From assembly GCA_047495785.1 (NCBI GenBank), contig JBLDXI010000011.1, positions 992,001-1,056,000 on the forward strand: 64,000 nt of DNA, in the 5' to 3' direction. Source of the stretch: Lepidodermella squamata (lineage: Eukaryota; Animalia; Gastrotricha). The position numbers and the translations under genes were made by a program. Under the pieces are notes generated by a model. The model was given only the letters and a program-made list of their open reading frames with translations. It had not been told where the DNA came from and did no database searches. Positions 61,918-64,000 of this stretch are shown here, piece by piece; within the stretch, counting starts at the first letter, position 1; every line of letters begins with the position of its first letter.

Positions 61918-62626
61918 AAATGCGTTACGTTTTACGTTTCGTAAACAACATTTACTCAAAGAAACTTGTAATGCGTTAATTCATTTTGAACAAGCGTTAA
62001 CTCATTTAGAAAAATGAATGGGATTGGAATTCTCTTGCCGCAATGTTGTTACTCTATCAAAATGAAACAGGACAAGCATTCTGCGTGAGAAAAATGTTTT
62101 TCAGGAATATTCTTGGAATGGTGACAAGTGAAAATATTCCAAAGTTGCGATTGAGACAACTAAACAGCGCTAATATAAACTAACTTATTTAATTCTCGAG
62201 CACATCTCAATTTTATTGTCCTAAATTAAGAAAATTGATAGGTTTCTATTCGTTTTATTACGATCTATCAAAAACATTGGCCGATAGATTCACCAGTAAG
62301 ACCAGCCAGTAATACGTGTCGTCACGAGGAACAGATGACGATTATTCATAGAAGAATGTTTCTTTTGAAATGTTGAGAGAGTAAAGAATGATAGAGCAAG
62401 GAAATGAATGAAATTTACCTCTTCAAAGAATCACATTTAACGTAGTCTATGATAAAGTTTATTTTGCAAGAAAAAAAGGACGCGAGAAGTTTAAAAGCAA
62501 AAGTACCATATTATCTTGTCAGCATTGGAAATGTAAAACTTATTGATCTTCTCATTCGTTCGTTTAAAAGACCAATCTTGCCATTGCGAAATAACGGCTT
62601 TTTGGCAATATTTCGAGTTATTAGCA

Positions 62627-63580
62627 CTAGGAATTGTTCCCTGTGCATTTTTCGACTGTTAGTCCGTAGACACTGACAGTTGAGGTTGCCGGCACCGCGC
62701 TCGCTGGAGTAGAACCGAGAGCCTGGCAACAGGCGCCGTAATTGGCAAAAGAATAGGTTGTGGGCGAAACCTTGATTGTCTGTTTAAAGTTTCACGGTCA
62801 TACAGAGCTGTATTGTAAATTGCATATTATGATCTTACCACACCGCTTGTTAGAAGGACGTCAGATGAACCACTAGCTGTATGGGGAAAACGGACGCAGT
62901 TGCCGGTCGTGGCCGTGGCAGATGTCCCAGTAACCAGATAGGGCGTCGAGGAAGCGGCACCGATGCAAACCGTTGCATAGGCTACCGGTGGGCCCGTGAT
63001 AACAGCTTGCTCGTACATAATGTTCGCGGTTGTTGGAGTTGTCGCGGCACAGCATAGGGCAAAGGTAGTGTACGTGTTCGGGGTTGGTGTTACTTGCTGG
63101 AAAATGCATTAATATGTCAAAGAGAATGCGATCTTGGTGTGTCCATACTGTTGCGCCAGTTAATTGGGTACAGGCTCCCGCGTTATCGATGCAGAATTTC
63201 AAATTCGTCTGGCTGGTACCTGAACCGCCTTGGGTCGTTATTTGACAAAGATTGTAGACGGGCTAGATAATACGATTGAAATTAGCGTTTCACAACAACG
63301 ACATCCAATTAGGGGAAGGAATAAATACATAATCCGCCATGGCACAAATAATGAATGCGAAATAAATTACAGTTGTTAAGCAGCTTTTAGTGCTATCGGT
63401 ACACGCCTGGGTTGAGGTAACGCATTGGTTCGGAGATGAGCAAGTCGAAGTTGAAGCTGCGCATGATTGACCGGAAGGGCAAGATGACGAGCCGGTTGGG
63501 CACGGAGTTGAAGTTGATGCAGGGCATGCGTTTGCTGCAGCAATAACAATCGCAAATATCACCCCTCCTGAGATAACCAT
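62627..63580 (-). CDS. Secreted Cys/Thr-rich protein, 4 exons (63580-63371, 63262-63149, 63096-62839, 62779-62627), 244 aa
   Basis: Signal peptide MVISGGVIFAIVIAAANA; all introns are GT-AG phase 0; the frame is open to TAG. Confidence 0.85.
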
Positions 63581-63648
63581 TTTATATTGAGAGCTGAAGT
63601 GATTGAAATGAAAATGAAATCGTGAGAATAAAGCTGCAAGGATCGCGA

Positions 63649-63656
63649 TTTATATA
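63649..63656 (-). promoter_or_regulatory. TATA box of the secreted-protein gene
   Basis: TATATAAA about 70 bp upstream of the ATG. Confidence 0.5.
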
Positions 63657-64000
63657 CTATAACTGGGGTTGTCGGCCGTGTCGAACCGTCACTGCAGAAA
63701 CTGAAGTGAAGAATTATTGCTGAGATTTGAGGAGACGCTTTAATTCATAAAAATTAGCGTTGCTCTTAGTCAGGACAGAAAGAGACCACAGGACTGATAA
63801 ATCTTGGCGTGCATGTCAGAAGTAGATCTTGAAGAAACGCTCACGTCAGACTGCCGAAGAACAAAAGTGGGATGCATCTGGGTTGGATGTAGATCAGAAG
63901 TTTATGTCATGTAGCTGTGAAATAGACGCGTCAGACATGTAGTGAAGATGCATCTTTCCTATTCAATAGTTTCAAGTATTTTGGATGAAAGATGAATCCT

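Overview
Eukaryotic (invertebrate-like) genomic DNA with mostly 50-70 bp GT-AG introns. It is almost entirely a stack of nested transposable elements. The only clear ordinary host gene is a 4-exon secreted Cys/Thr-rich protein at 62.6-63.6 kb. From left to right: a LINE RT remnant; two divergent, intact single-ORF APE-RT LINEs (0.5-4.2 and 8.3-12.3 kb) that share a signal-peptide-bearing leader ending in a 2A-like NPGP; several hAT/pogo MITEs; and a Gypsy element with an abnormal 435-bp flanking duplication. At 21.8-36.4 kb is a tightly packed gene cluster built around a 10-exon Sola1-type DDD transposase. It includes a NEMP/TMEM194 homolog, a 672-aa furin-site membrane glycoprotein and two small membrane proteins. 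A 3.3-kb RAG1/Transib-like transposon with bipartite TIRs and a convergent Myb-like gene appears to have inserted into this cluster. Further right are a MULE remnant, a Jockey-like LINE split by a 9.2-kb EnSpm/CACTA element, an RTE LINE split by piggyBac, CR1 (itself holding a hAT piece) and pogo insertions, and a Penelope-type hammerhead ribozyme. Best candidates for an undescribed system: (1) the membrane-protein-carrying Sola1 cluster, (2) the secreted/membrane leader plus 2A module of the two LINEs, (3) the RAG1-like plus Myb element. All family calls come from motif recognition by eye and all exon structures were spliced by hand; no searches were run.
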